Of a stretch of DNA of 64,000 nucleotides, positions 1 to 14,554 are shown one piece after another. The stretch is from Heterodontus francisci. Taxonomy: Eukaryota. Under the pieces are notes generated by a model. It searched no databases and was not told the origin of the DNA. It saw only the letters and a list, made by a program, of their open reading frames with translations. Both the position numbers and the translations under genes were made by a program. Each line of letters opens with the position of its first letter. The first letter of the stretch is position 1. Location: the NCBI RefSeq assembly GCF_036365525.1, contig NC_090399.1, positions 49,508,430 to 49,572,429 of the forward strand. The letters run 5' to 3'.

Positions 1-59
1 CGATCTGAGTGAGTGAGGATCACTAGTGGTCAATGGTGGGAGCTGATGAAATGTTTAAT

Positions 60-400
60 TACCTGCACCCCCTTCCCCCACCCCCTCCCCCCCCCCCCGT
101 TCCCCACTCCCCCCTCCCAACTCACCCCACTCGCACCCCCTTCCCCCTCTCCCTCGCACCCCCTTCCCAGCTCCCCCCCTCGCACCACTTCCCCCTGCAC
201 CCCCTCCCCTACCCCCTGCAGCCCCCTTCCCAGCTCCCCCTCGCACCCCTTTCACTCCACCCCTTCCCACCGCATCCCCCCCCCCCCGCCCCCGCACCCC
301 CTTACCCCCGCCTCACCCCCCCCCCCGCACCCTCCCGCACCACCCCCGCACCCCCTTCCTCCCACCTCCTCTCACCGGTATCCACCTATCCCTGAGCAGG
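60..400. repeat. C-rich low-complexity tract (degenerate CCCCTTCCC/CGCACCCC units)
   Basis: Almost pure C-rich runs; the Pro-rich and Gly-rich ORFs here are compositional artefacts. Confidence 0.85.
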
Positions 401-404
401 GGCC

Positions 405-3400
405 CTAACAACCCCACTGCCTTGTGGGCATCTCGGGAGAGACCAAGGCTAAGAGAGTAAATCCTAACAGAAAATCTGGAGCGGAACCCCGATGCCGGTC
501 ATGTGTCACCTTTGGCATGTTTCCGACAGTTCCTGCAACCATACCGGTGCCAAATGTCGTGCTCTGCACTCCTTTGGACCCCACCAGGAAGGCTGAGAGG
601 GCGGGTTTTGATGCTTGGGCAACTCACAACCTCCATGCATCCACCCAGGCATGCGCTATGGAGAGGTCTCTCCATAGTCGCCTCACAGCGACTAAAACAA
701 CATGGAAGCCAGCAGTTATGGGTTTTAAGTCCAGCTCAATTGGCATAGAGATTGGGCGCCACAGGTTGCCTTTGTCAGTGGGAGAGGTCATCGCATCTCA
801 CTGGACAGCGACCGCCTTCCTCAAACCGGGCAGCCTCCAGTCAGTAAGGTTCTGTCCCGCTACAGTCCACCTGCTTCAATGGGTGCTTGGAGCTCAGGGT
901 CATTGCCCGACAAGTGGACTGGAACACCACACCAAACAGCACGACCAAAAAAGGAAAGAAGGTACCAGCCCTTTATTTTGCAAGCTGGAACGTCAGAACT
1001 ATGTGGCCTGGCCTGTCGGAAGACCTTACACAAATCAACGATTCTCGGAAGACCACCATCATTAACAACAAGCTCAGTAGACTCAATGTGGACATTGCAG
1101 AACTTCAGGAGACACGCCTCCCTGCGAGCGGATCTCTAATAGAGCAAGACTATACCTTCTTCTGGCAGGGTAGGGATCCTGAAGAACCAGGACAGCATGG
1201 AGTGGGCTTCGCCATCAGAAACTCTTTGTTCAGCATGATAGAGCCACCCTCAAATGGCTCAGAATGCATACTGTCCATCCGACTGCTCACCGCCTCTGGT
1301 CCAGTACACCTACTCAGCATCTATACTCCAACACTCTGCTCCCCACCTGAAGATAAAGACTAGTTCTACCAGGAACTCCATAATATAATTAATAGCATCC
1401 CCAATACCGAACACCTGCTCGTGCTGGGGGACTTTAATGCCAGAGTTGGGGCCGACCATGACTCATGGCCCTCCTGCCTTGGGCGCTATGGCATTGTAAG
1501 GATGAATGAGAATGGACAGAGACTGCTTGAGCTGTGTACCTATCATAACCTCTGCATCACCAACTCGTTCTTTCACACTAAACCCTGTCACCAGGTTTCT
1601 TGGAGGCACCCAAGATTACGTCGTTGGCACCAGCTGGACCTCATCGTCACAAGGCGAGCCTCTTTAAACAGCGTTCAAATAACATGCAGCTTCCACAGTG
1701 CGGACTGCGACATCGACCACTTCCTGGTGTGCAGCAAGGTTAGACTCAAACCAAAGAAGCTGCATCATTCCAAGCAGAAGGGCCACCCGCGCATCAACAC
1801 TGGCAGAATTTCTCATCCACAGCTGTTACATAAGTTTCTAAATTCACTTGAAAAAGCCCTTCAAAACAGTCCTTCAGGGGATGCAGAGACCAAGTGGGAT
1901 CACATCAGAGACGCCATCTATGAGTCAGCTATGACCACCTATGGCAAACGTGTGAAGCGGAATGCAGACTGGTTTCAATCTCGCTTTGAAGAGCTGGAAC
2001 CTGTCATAGCCGCGAAGCGCATTGCACTGCTGAACTGCAAGAAAGCCCCCAGCGAGTTAACATCCGTAGCACTTAAAGCAGCTAAAAGCGCTGCACAAAG
2101 AACAGCCAGGCGCTGCGCAAATAATGACTGGCAACCCCTATGCAGTCATAATCAGCTGGCCTCTGACACCGGAAACATCAGAGGAATGTATGATGGCATT
2201 AAGAGAGCTTTTGGGCCAACCATCAAGAAGATAGCCCCACTCAAATCTAAATCAGGGGACACAATCACTGGCCAACGCAAGAAAATGGACGGCTGGTTGG
2301 AGCACTACCTAGAACTGTACTCCAGGGGAAATGCTGTCACTGAGACCGCCCTCAATGCAGCCCAGTCTCTGCCAGTCATGGTTGAGCTGGACAAACAGTC
2401 AACAAAATCGGAACTCAGTGATGCCATTGATTCTCTAGCCAGCAGAAAAGCCCTTGGGAAGGACGGCATTACCCCTGAAATAATCAAAAGTACCAAGCCT
2501 ACTATACTTTCAGCACTGTAAGAACTGCTTTGCCTGTGTGGGACGAGGGAGCAGTACCACAGGACATGCACGATGCCAATATCATCACTCTCTGTAAGAA
2601 CAAGGGTGACTGCGGTGACTGCAACAACTGCCGTGGAATCTCCCTGCTCAGCATAGTCAGGAAAGTCTTCACTCGAGTCGCTTTAAACAGGCTCCAGAAG
2701 CTGGCTGAGCGTGTCTACCCTGAGGCACAGTGTGGCTTTCGAGCAGAGAGATCCACCATTGACATGCTGTTCTCCCTTCGCCAGCTATAGGAGAAATGCC
2801 ATGAACAACAGATGCCCCTCTAAGTTTTCATTGATCTCACCAAAGCCTTTGACCTCGTCAGCAGACGTGGTCTCAGACTACTAGACTACTAGAAAAGATT
2901 GGATGTCCACCAAAGCTACTAAGTATCATCACCTCATTCCATGACAATATGAAAGGCACAATTCAGCATAGCGGCGCCTCATCAGACCCCTTTCCTATCT
3001 TGAGTGGCGTGAAACAGGGTTGTGTTCTCGCACTTGCACTGTTTGCGATCTGCTTCTCCCTGCTGCTCTCACATGCGTTCAAGTCTTCAGAAGAAGGAAT
3101 TTTCCTCCACACAAGATCAGGTGGCAGGTTGTTCAACCTTGCCCGTCTGAGAGTGAAGACCAAAGTACGGAAAGTCCTCATCAGGGAACTCCTCTTTGCT
3201 GATGATGATGCATTAACATCTCACACTGAAGAGTGTCTGAAGAGACTCATCGACAGGATTGTAGCTGCCTGCAACGAATTTGGCCTAACCATCAGCCTCA
3301 AGAAAACGAACATCATGGGACAGGACGTCAGAAATGCTCCATCCATCAGTATCGGCGACCACGCTCTGGACGTGGTTCAAGAGGTCACCTACCTAGGCTC

Positions 3401-4185
3401 AACTATCACTAGTAGCCTGTCTCTCGACACAGAAATCAACAAGCGCACGGGAAAGGCTTCCACTGCTATGTCCAGACTGGCCAAGAGAGTGTGTGAAAAT
3501 GGCGCACTGACACGGAACACAAAAGTCCGAGTGTATCAAGCCTGTGTCCTCAGTACCTTGCTGTATGGCAGAGAGACCTGGACAACGTATGTCAGCCAAG
3601 AGCGACGTCTCAACTCATTCCATCTGCGCTGCCTCCGGAGAATCCTTGCCATCAGGTGGCAGAACCGTATCTCCAACAGAGAAGTCCTCGAGGTGGCCAA
3701 CATCCCCAGCATATACAGCCTACTGAGCCAGCGGTGCTTGAGATGGCTTGGCCATGTGAGCCGCATGGAAGATGGCAGGATCCCCAGGGACACATTGTAC
3801 AGCGAGCTCGTCACTGGTATCAGACCCACCGGCCGTCCATGTCTCTGCTTTAAAGACGTCTGCAAACGCGACATGAAGTCCTGTGACATTGATCACAAGT
3901 CATGGGACTCAGTTGCCAGCAATTGCCAGAGCTGGCGGGCAGCCATGAAGGCGGGGTTAAAGTGTGGTGAGTCCAAGAGACTTAGCAGTTAACAGGAAAA
4001 AAGACAGAAGCGCAAGGAGAGAGCCAACTGTGTAACAGCCCCGAAAGCCAATTTTATTTGTAGCACCTGTGGAAGAGTCTGTCACTCTAGAATTGGCCTT
4101 TATAGCCACTCCAAGCGCTGCTTCACAAACCACTGACCACCTCCAGGCGCTTACCCATTGTCTCTCGAGACAAGGAGGCCAAAGA
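405..4185 (+). mobile_element. RTE-clade LINE, near full length, ORF broken by stops and frameshifts
   Basis: APE motifs (ASWNVRT, ELQETR, LGDFNARVG) in ORFs 887-1363 and 1421-2521 (same frame, TAG at 1361); RT motifs (RGISLLS, QCGFR, GVKQGCVL, LLFADD) in 2530-2790 and 2949-3992; C-terminal CSTCGRVC..HSKRC finger at ~4055-4125. Confidence 0.92.
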
Positions 4186-5345
4186 AACATCTGATGTAAA
4201 ACTGCATCACAGCCATCCTAAACTAAAGGTACAAATAAAAAAACAAAATACACTAACAATTTGGAGAATTATTCTGCGGGATAAATTTCATTCGATCAAG
4301 GAAGGAATGTTAAACTTTAAACGGTGTATTTGAGACAGAACTGGTTGTTTAAATTCTCTATTTTCCCAATTTCGTCTTATTGTATTTCGCTGTTTGAGCC
4401 CAGCCCGATCGAACCCTCCTTCACAAATAATGCAATTTCAAATGAATTATGAGCTGTTAATTCTTTAAATGTAACATTCAATGTCATTCACAAAAGTGAA
4501 CAAAACATTTTGTAACGATTTATCATTTAATTTATCTTCTGATTGTAAAACCGCCAGTTTGATTCTGGACTTGAGAATGAATTCACAAATCTCGTCGATC
4601 TTTCAACCTTTGGAAAGCTGTAAATGAGTTTGTCGTGAATTACAGTCCATCTCGGAGATTTGAATAATCAGATTATAATTTCTTGACCCAGTTTTAGGAC
4701 CGAGACACAAAGTGACTCATAATCTAAAGATGTTTCCTCTTCCAATGCAGTAATGGCTTGAAAATTACAAATTCAATTCCGTTATCAATCACAAGAACAC
4801 ACAAAACCGCCCAGAGGCAGTTCACATGAACGCAATCAAACAAAATTTGACACTGAGCCAAATCACCAGACATTAGGAAGGATGACTAAAAACTTGGGCC
4901 AAATAGGTAGTGTCTTCGTGGGGGAGAGAGGTGGAGGGGGTGGGTCTTTACAGGAACAATTCACAGAACACAGGCTCGAAGCCTAAAGGCAGAGCCGCCA
5001 ATTTTGGAACGAATTAAGTGGAGGGGGAAGGAGGAAGACAAACAAGAGGCTGCACGTGCAGCAACGCAGAGTTCTCGGAGGGTTATATATAGGGCTAAAG
5101 AGGGTACTATGATAGGGAAGAGAAAGGCGATTGAAAGATTTGAGCATTAAGATAAAACACTTTAAAGTCGAGGCGCTGTTGGACTGGGAGTCAATACAGG
5201 TCAGCAATGGGTGTACAAGACTAAGTACAAGTTAGGACACGAGAACCAGAGCTTTGAATTAGTTCACATTTATGGAAGGTGCATGATGGGAAACCAGCCA
5301 GGAAAGAATTGGAATAATCAAATCTGCAGATAACAAAATTATTTA
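4186..5345 (+). repeat. Segmental-duplication unit, partial copy 0
   Basis: Collinear similarity to ~9305-10810 and ~24410-25540 (e.g. ttcgtct.attgtatt...tgagccca.ccc.atc, then the same L2 end). Confidence 0.8.
4790..5345 (-). mobile_element. L2 LINE 3' fragment (old)
   Basis: Typical L2 3' region in reverse; paralogous to 10280- and 24960-. Confidence 0.6.
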
Positions 5346-8300
5346 TGAGAACTCGAGAGTGCATATTTTGTGATATTTGGGAAATCCAGGGCACTTCATA
5401 TGTCCTGCATAACCATATGTGCAGGAAGTGTCGTCAGTTGCAAAACCTTGAGTTCTGGGTTTTGGAACCTGAGCAGCTGGCATCCCTCTGGTGCATCCAT
5501 GAAGTTGAGAGCATCACGGATGTGGTCACCCCACAGCATAAAAGTATGCAGAGACAGAGGGAATGGGTGACCAGCAGTCAAGAAGAAACAGGCCGGTCGT
5601 ACCGGAGTCCCCTCAGTGCATCTCTCTTTCCAACCAGTATTCAGTTCGGAAAAGGGATGAAACTGATGCGTCCTCTGGAGAGTGCAGCCAGATTCCAGTC
5701 CGTAGCATGATGACTGGCTGAGCTGCACAGGGTGGGTGGGGGGAGGGTGTACAAAGAGGACTGGAAGAGCAAAATGATAGGACATTCAGTAGTTCAAGTA
5801 TACAAGCGTTTCTACGGTCATAGACGTGAATCCAGGATAATGTGTTGCGTCCCTGGTGCCAGGGTCAAGAATGTCACTGAACGGCTGTGGAGCACCTTGA
5901 TGGAGGAGGGTGAGCAGCCAGCAGTTGCAGTCCACATTGGTATGAGCGACATAAACAGAAAGAGAGGTGTGATCCTGCAGTCAAAGTTTAGGGAGCTAGG
6001 TAGGAAATTAGCATGCAGGACCTCAAATGTAATAATCTTTGGATTACTGCTAATTTTAATTAACGATAATATTGCCATGCTAGAGAGGATGTCTGGGGGT
6101 TGGGAGGAGAGGGGTAAGGAGAACATCTATTTGGCTGGAGCTAAGGACAAAAAGGGGGCATTTATATTGTTTGGTGTAGTCGATTTGGCCACCAACTGTT
6201 GGGAAAGATGCAGATGAACAAATGTGCAAGGAAATTACAGAGAGGTGCAGGAATTATAATGCAGTTATAATGGAGGACTTTAATCATCTGAATATAGACT
6301 GGGATGGTAGTAGTGTAAAGAACAGAGAGCTGCAAGAGTTCCTCGAATGTGTTAAGATTAACTTTCTACAATAGTATGTTTCCACTCCAAACAGATAGGA
6401 GGCACTGCTGGACCTGGTGCTTGGGAATGAGGTGGGCCAAGTGGATCAAGTGTCAGAAGGGGAACATTTAGTGACAGTGATCATTGTATCATAGGTTTAA
6501 ATTGGGTATGGAAAAGGACAAGGAAAAATCAGAGTAAGAAAATTTAACTGGAGAAATGCCAACTCTAATGAGGTAAGAATGGATCTGACTCAGATAAGCT
6601 GGAATCAAAGGTTGGCAGACAAAACGGTAATGGCTGGTAATACGAAAGAATAGATATTTCGGGCACAGTCTAAGTAGAGTAAAGGTAGAGCAATAAAAAG
6701 AATCCAAAGCTCCCTGGATGATCAAAGAGATAGAAATTAAGATGAAGAAAAAGTGTGCTTATGACAGATATCAGTTGGATATAGAAGGTTCAGAGCGAAA
6801 GTGAAAAGGCAAAGAAGAGAAGCAAAGGCATAGTATGTAAAGAGACTGGCAGCTAACATTAAAGGGAATCGAAAAGTCATCTACAGGCATATTAATAATA
6901 TAATGTTGGTAAAAGGACGAGTGGGGCCGATTAGGGACCAACAGGGGGATTTATGCATGCAGACAAGGAACTTGTCTGAGGTTATAAATGAATAATTATC
7001 ATCTGTCTATACCAAGGAAGAAGATGCTGCACAGGTCATGGTGAAAGGGGAGGTAATTCAGACACTTGAATGATTTAAAATTGATAAAGAGAAGGTTTTG
7101 AATAAGCTATCTACTTAAAGCTGATAAGACACCAGGACTGGATGAGATGCATCCGAGGATACTGAAGGAAGTGAGAGTGGAACTTGCGGAGACAATGGTC
7201 ATAATTTTCCAGTCCTCCTTAAACTCAGGGTGGTGCCAGAGGACTAGAAAATTGCAAATGTTAGACTCTTGTTCAAAATAAGGGTGTAAAGATAAGCCCA
7301 ACAACTACAGGCTAATCAGTTTAACTTCGGTGGTGGGGAAACTTCTAGAAATGATAATTTGGGACAAAATTAATAATCACTTGGGCAAATGTGGGAATGT
7401 GGGTTAATTAAGGGAAAATCGTGTTTTTTTAAATATGGTTTCATGGGTTGTGGGTGTCGCTGGCAAGACCAGCATTTGTTGTCCATCCCTAATTGCTCTT
7501 GACATCTGAATGGCTTGCTTGGCTATTTCACAGGGCAGTTAAGAGTCAACCACATTTCTCTAAGTCAGGAGTCACATGAATGCCAGACCAGGTCCAGACA
7601 GCAGATTTCTTGCCCTAAAGAACATTAGTGAACCAGATGCGTTTTTACAGCAATTGGTGATAGTTTCACAGCACCATTGCTGAGACTAGTTTTCAATTCC
7701 AGATTTTTATTAATTAATTGAATTTAAATTCCACCGGGTTCCATGGTGGGAGTTGAACCCATGTCCCTAGAGTATAAACGTGGGCCGCTAGATTACTAGT
7801 TCAGTGACATTACTGCGACACCACCATTGTCTCCATCTGCACGTTTAACTAATGTGCTGGAGTTTTCTTGATGAGGTAATAGAGAGGGTTAATGAGGGTA
7901 ATGCTGATGATGTGGTGCACATGGATTTACAAAAGGAATTTGATAAAGTGCCACTCAACAGAATTGTGAGCAAAACTTTAGCTCATGGACAGGAGCAACA
8001 TGGATACAACATCGGCTGAGTAGCAGGAAACAGATGATTGTGGTTACTGGATGTTTTCTCAGACTGGCAGAAAGTTTGTAATGGAGATCCCCAGGGGTTG
8101 ATGTTCGGACCCTTGCTCTTCCTGAAATTTTAATAATATCGACCTTTGTGTACAGGGTTCAATTTCAAAATTTGTAAATAATACGAAAGTTGGAAGCATT
8201 ATGAACTGAGAGGAGGATAGCGTAGAACTTCAAAAGGACATAAACAGGTTGGTGCAATGGGTGGACAAATGGCAGATGAAATTTAGTGCAGAGAAGTGCA

Positions 8301-8530
8301 AAGTGATTCATTTTGGTAGGAAAAACGCGGAGAGATAATATTAAAAAGGTACAATTATAAAGGGGATGCAGGAGCAGAGGGACCTGGGTGTACACGGGCA
8401 TAAATCATTGAAAGTGGCAGAACAGGTTGAGAGTGGTTAATAAAGCATACTGTATCCTGGGCTTTATTTATAGAGGCGTAGAGTACAAAAGCAAGGCCGT
8501 TATGTTAAACGTGGTCAAAACACTGCTAAA
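5345..8530 (+). mobile_element. CR1 LINE, degraded (ORF1 zinc-finger/esterase and ORF2 remnants)
   Basis: ORF1 CIFCDIW..CRKC and CCVPGARV..VHIG; ORF2 remnants (DLVLGNE, PGLDEMHPRILKEV, MDLQKEFDKVP, RDLGV, KAYCILGFIYRG). Confidence 0.85.
7425..7826 (-). mobile_element. tRNA-derived SINE (SacSINE1-like) inserted in CR1
   Basis: Minus-strand head ggtggtgtcgcagtaatgtcactg...gggttcaactcccacc (A/B boxes); 3' tail shared with the LINE ending at 19177 and 38833. Confidence 0.7.
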
Positions 8531-9845
8531 AAAATGTTTGCTTTTCCTCACTGGCTTCCTGAAAACAGAATGGTGGAATCTTGGTTTAATGCCTCATCAG
8601 GAGGATGGCCCTATTCCTCATGCAGCATTTATTCAGATCCACCAGTGCGTTAGTTTTGTGCACCTTGCAAATAGTTCCCTTGACACACAGCCCATATATA
8701 CAAGGCATTTTTGTACAATTCTACGGACAGGTGTTTTGTTTTCACACGAGGTATCAATATTACATATGAAAAAAAATGGGCAGGTGTGGTGTGTGGGGAA
8801 GTTTCAATTATCCCATAATTTAACGCATTACTTATCTGATTTGAATGAAATGGGTGGGAGTGTTTACTATGGAGCAACTCATCCCAATGCTCCTTTGGTG
8901 TTTTTGATTTAGGGATACCTTTTGACCAGGAAATGCTGAAAACTTCACATTAACGTGACCGAAACAGAAAGATGATTCCTGGGTCAATGTGTGCTTCATC
9001 AATTACAACATCTGTTCATGATAATGTCGATGTTCGTGCATTTATTTTGTTAGAAATGTTCATATATTCTGACCAGCTTTCATCTGAATTTATGACCAGC
9101 AATCCCGCCTTGGCTAACTCTCACGCTGCGGCATTGTGAAAAATGTCCCCTTATAATTCTTTGTCAACCCCGACTATTCTGCATTCGTGATAATAGTTCC
9201 AGCTGCAATTGAACTTTTTTATGCAAACTGATCGTTTGAAAAAGGACACGAATGAAACGGGTTTGGTGACGCAATGTGCGCCCATATTTCAATTTTCCTT
9301 CAAACAATCTAATGTAAAACTACTTCAGCAGCCGTCGTCAACTGAAGGTAGAAATAAACTATCGAAATACATTAATGCTTTAGCGGTTTTTTAGCGCTCT
9401 GTATATTCCATTCAGAGGAAATATTTAAAAAATGAGATATTTGACACACAACAGATAATTTTAATTCTCTTATATGCTAACTTCGTCTAATTGTATTCCC
9501 ATGCTTGAGCCCATCCCCATCAAATCTTCCTTTTTCAAACAACGCAATTTCAGTTGAATTATGCACTGTTATTTATCCAATATGCAATACCATTTACAAA
9601 AATTAACTAAACCCACATTTTTCAACAAGAGGAATCATTTCATTATTCTCCTGATTTTAAAACTGCCAGTTTGATTACAGACATAAGAATAAATAAACCA
9701 TTTCTCATCTCATTGATCGTTCTTTCAGACTTTCAAAACCCGTAAATGACCTTGGCGAAAATTACACTCTTTATCAGGGTTTGCATAATCAGGTTGTATG
9801 TCACTGATGAAGTTTTAAGACCGTTCCACAAAGTCGCTCATAATC

Positions 9846-10213
9846 AGAACAAAGAACAAAGAACAGTACAGCACAGGAACAGGCCATTCGGCCCTCCAAG
9901 CCTGCGCCGATCTTGATGCCTGCCTAAACTAAAACCTTCTGCACTTCCGGGCACGTATCCCTCTGTTCCCATCCTATTCATGTATCTGTCAAGATGCCTC
10001 TTAAACGTCGCTATCGTACCTGCTTCCACCACCTCCCCCGGCAGCAAGTTCCAGGCACTCACCATCCTCTGTGTAAAGAACTTGCCTCGCACATCCCCTC
10101 TAAACTTTGCCCCTCTCACCTTAAACCTATGTCCCCTAGTAACTGACTCTTCCACCCTAAGAAAAAGCTTCTGACTATCCACTCTGTCCATGCCGCTCAT
10201 AACTTTGTAAACC
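9846..10213 (-). mobile_element. CR1 3' fragment with 5-bp TSD (taatc)
   Basis: ORF 9844-10200 is the CR1 C-terminus (TRGHRFKV..FFTQRMV..WNLLP); taatc at 9841-9845 and 10214-10218; empty site cataatctgcagattc in the paralog at ~24896. Confidence 0.9.
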
Positions 10214-10279
10214 TAATCTGCAGATTCTCCCTCTTCCCTTGTGGTCACGCCTTGAACGTTATAAAATCCTTTCCGCCAT

Positions 10280-11950
10280 CAATCACAGCAAGAGAAAGCA
10301 CGCCAAGGCACTTTACAAGAGCGTAATTAAACAAAAAAAATGACTCTAACTCAAAGGACAAGATATTAAAATAGAGGACTAGAAGCCTCAGCCAAAGAGG
10401 TCGATTTTAAGGATTACCTTCAATGGGGAGAGGTCGGGGTGGAGACCTTTACGGAAAAAATTCCACAGTTCAGGGCCTCAATGGCTGCCTCCAATGTTGG
10501 AACGAATTAAGCGGATGTCGAAGGTGGAAAGGTCAACCAAAGGCCGGATCTGGAGGAACGCAGAGTTCTCAGAGGGTTATGGGACTGAAGGAGGTTACTA
10601 TGATTGCGAAAGGAAAAACAATTGAAAGATTTCAAGAGTAAGATTAAAATTGAGGCACTGATTGACTGGGATGATAATCATGGTCAGGAATGATAGCTAA
10701 ACGAGACTTAGGTTGGGTTAAGTCACTGGAAGCAGAGTTTTGAGTTAGCTCAACTTTACGGAAGCTGGATGATAGGAATGCAGCTGGGAATGTAAAAGTA
10801 TTTATGAGAATTCTAATACTTCTGGCAGGCAATGTTACAGCAGTGGATATAGTTGGTCTTTGTGGTGGAGGTGATATGAAGTTGGAGTCTCAACTCAGGC
10901 TCACACAGAACGCCATGGTTACGAACAATCTGGTTCGGCCTGAGACAACGGCCAAGGTGATCGAACCGGTCGGTAGCGAGCAGAGTTTCTGGCAGGGTCA
11001 GAACTATTTTCTTCAGTTTCCCAATGAATAAATGGAGAAAAACAAGGCTCACTCAGGAGTTAATATTTAACAAACAATCTGACAATGCATAGACAATGCT
11101 GCGGTGGAAAGACGTTTCGGTGAGGTAGAACTGGGTGCCCTCAGCGGAAATAGAGAACCTCGTGTCATATGTTCTGATGCTGTCACTTAGGGTCAAGTTG
11201 TAGATGTGAAGCAGGAAGGGGGCCAGGATAGTTCCTTGTGGGCTCCAGAGCTAAGGGCGTACGGGAGGGATGAGAACTCGTTGCAAGAGATTCTCTGGGC
11301 ATAACTCGGTAAGGGAGAGTTTAACCTGCCGACAGATGTCTCACGCAGCTGGACAATGGAGCAGAGTTGTTGTCGGAGGATGGCATATTCATCCCTATCA
11401 TAGTTAGTAGACAGGTCGATAAGGAAGATGTGAGGTGGTACACCACGGTCACAGCCACATAGGTTGTCCTTTATGATATGGTAACCTGATTGTAGAGGTG
11501 CAAACAGGGAGTTGTGCATATTTTGGAGCAGACAAGCCGATGAAGAACGTTGAAGAGGCAACAGAGGTTGGAGATGGAGAAGCAGTTTAATAGTACAGCA
11601 GTGACAAGGTCGGAATTTCTGAGCAGGGGGTGATGACGGCAGATTTGAATGGAAGGAACAAAGTATCAGAGTAGATTCAAGTTTTCACAATATCGGAGAG
11701 CACGGGACTGCGGCAGAAAAGCTGGTTGGTTCACAGTGTATTGAGAAATTATAAAGAGCGAGAGATATTCTCTAGAACAAGGTGACATCAGAGTTTACAT
11801 GAGGGAAGAGAGGAAACTAAAAACGCGAGCTGAAGGCTAGGGCAAGGGTTGGGACTTTGAAGGACCTTTGACTTGGTGTGAAGGTGAAATTGAAGAATGC
11901 TATGGAGGCAGTTGAACAGTTCTTAGGGTCAAAAACTTTCCTGAGCTCCT
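10280..11950 (-). mobile_element. L2 LINE remnant
   Basis: Degenerate RT CGCDRG..FLIDLSTNYD..ILRQQL (ORF 11193-11561). Confidence 0.7.
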
Positions 11951-12284
11951 TGCATTTGTGGGAGATGCATATGGTGGGGACAGGATTGAGGGGCTTCTTT
12001 AACGAGACAAATGGCACTCAAATAAAAATGCAGGGAGTTATCTTTGCATTCAAGGATGTTACTGGATTACTTAGAGTATTTCACAAAGGGGACCATTGTG
12101 CTTGCTCAAGAACCGATGCTTTATGGGTTCCTACCATATGCAGTGCTGAATGGCTAAACCGGTTTTGCACCATGTATGTTTAAACCTGAGCCCGTTCTCC
12201 TTCAAGGAACAAAGATGATGGACATACCAAAGGGAACAATGAAGATGGAAAAGAGTAGGCTTTCAATGCGGGACAAGAGCATCA

Positions 12285-12700
12285 AAGAATATAAGAATAC
12301 AAGAACATAAGAAATAAGAACAGGAATAGACCATACGGCCCGTTGATACTGTTCCACAATTCAAAAAGATCATGGCTGATCTTCAGCTTTAAATCCACTT
12401 TCCCACCCGCTCCCCTTGTCTCTTGATTCCGCGAGAGACCAAAACTTTGTCTCTCTCAGCCTTAAATATATTCAAAGATCGAGCATCCACAACAATCTGG
12501 GGTAGAAAATTCCAACGATTCGCAACCCAAAGTGAAGAAATTTCTGCTCATCTCAATCTTAAATGATGAGAGCCATATCCTGAGACGGTGCCTCCATGTT
12601 CTAGATTTCCCAGCCAGGGTAAACAAACTCTCAGTGTCTATTCTGTCAAGCTCCATCAGAATCTTTTGTAATGCTCATTCTTCTAAACACCAGAAAATGA
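12285..12700 (-). mobile_element. CR1 3' fragment
   Basis: aagaacataagaaataag tail; ORF 12462-12656 (LDRID..SRTWRHRLRI..RNFFT). Confidence 0.75.
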
Positions 12701-14554
12701 CAATTTCCTCAGCCTCTCATCATACAACCACCCCCTCAGCCAAGGGATTAAGTTCTGCTGAGGATGCTATTGAAAACATCAGTAGCTGTAGAAACATGGG
12801 GGTGAATGAGTATTCCAAAGACCCACAGGACCTGTCCAGGCATCTGATCTATGAGTTTAGCATGATGATAGTATACTCCATAACGAGATGCAAAATTGCT
12901 TGGAACTTGTTGAATTTTATTTTGTAAGGCACTTTTTACGGCATCATATACCATCACTGAAGTGGCTACCATAGAATACAGGAATCCAGATATACACTTT
13001 CCTTTGGCCCTGGGATATATGCATCATTCTGGACTGGATCAGTACGTAAGGATTGAAAGCAACAATCCAACCTTTTAGTTAGCTTTGACGTGTGAATTAC
13101 AAGAGAACAAACTGATGACTCACTCAAATGTTGTGCTTCATCGAGTTGGTTTATTTTGTACCCACAAGTACAGATTTAAAAGTGGCACTGATTTGTAATT
13201 ATTACACTAAAATTAAAATGGTTACAGAAACTGATTAGATTTAAAATGTTGAGATAAGAAGAGGAAAGAAAATAGTAATAAACAACAGGTGAGTTATGTT
13301 GCTAACGAGTCATACAATCACTCAAGCTGGCCATTCCCGTTGAATGTAAGTTTTGTTCGCTGTGATTAGCTATGTGCATTCTCCTTAAGCTCTCAACCCC
13401 TCAACAGCGGTATTTGTCTCCAGCTCCTGTAGTAAAGATTGTGTTCAAACATTTATCCCCTTTTTCAGGGGATTGGCTTAGTTGAATACATTGATGGGCC
13501 ACACCAGCTTATGAAGCTTCTTTTTGAAAGCACAATGCCCAATTATGTTCTGCACTCTTTGTTTAAACCATGGTTTGAATCCGCCCATAAAGCTCTCTGT
13601 CTTCCTTTCACTTTCTCCAATACTCTTCCATTATATGAATTATAGTCAAGTATTGTCCATTATAGTTAATCTTACATTAAAAAAAAAGATGCTTTTATGT
13701 TGTTGGAACTTTGTGCTTCACCTTATCCAGGTCCAAGGTGTAGTGTTCATCAACTGAAGCACTTGTGTCACTCGCTGACCTGTATGGTTCATCAAGTTTA
13801 ATTTTAAATGATTGACAAACCCAAGTCATGCTGATGAAATGTCAAACTTTTAAATTATGTCAAAAGGCGTTTAGTTCTACATTAGGAAGGAAATATGGCA
13901 GACTCCTAGATATAGCCAGGTGATGGGCATCGGTTAATGGTTGACTTTTAACTTTACAACTTGCTTCTGAAAGGGCCTAGCAAGCCATGCAGTTGCATAA
14001 AACTGCTACAAAAAAGCATTATAAGGTTAAGGTTTGCTCCAACGTCCCTCATTAGACATTTTCAACCCATTTATGGTGCCCATGCAATAGGGTTCCACTC
14101 AATTTTCCTGAAGCCACACTACTCTGAAATGTCTGAAACCAATGAGCCAGCGAAACTTCAGTCCCTGTATATCTGGAAACGCTGGTACTGCAACTTTTAT
14201 CATTCAGCAAAACCTTATATAATCAAATACCTCTTATTTGCAGTTGCTAATATGAACACAGGAATGAAAGCCTTCACCTCCGATCGATATGTCCTATGAT
14301 TCAGTGACTGCAACATTCAAAATAACAAAAAAAATCCAAAATAATTTAAATGATATTTTCATATTCGTGTTTCTCATTGCCACTGGGAAATGGGAGTAAA
14401 AACAGCTGCTTAATCAATGTGTTCTGTGACGAAAGCCAATTAATGTCTGACTTAATTGTCTCACTTGAGATTTCTCAAAAGTATAAGTTGGACTCATTTC
14501 ACCATTTCTCATCAGTGTATGAATCATACAAAGAGCTGCAATTCTCCTCAAAAA

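Noticed and set aside
13-408. Pro-rich and Gly-rich ORFs
   Set aside because: Produced by low-complexity C-rich DNA in several frames at once
12750-13060. Possible second hAT (ZMYM1-like) remnant, paralog ~30040-30360
   Set aside because: Too degenerate to support a family call
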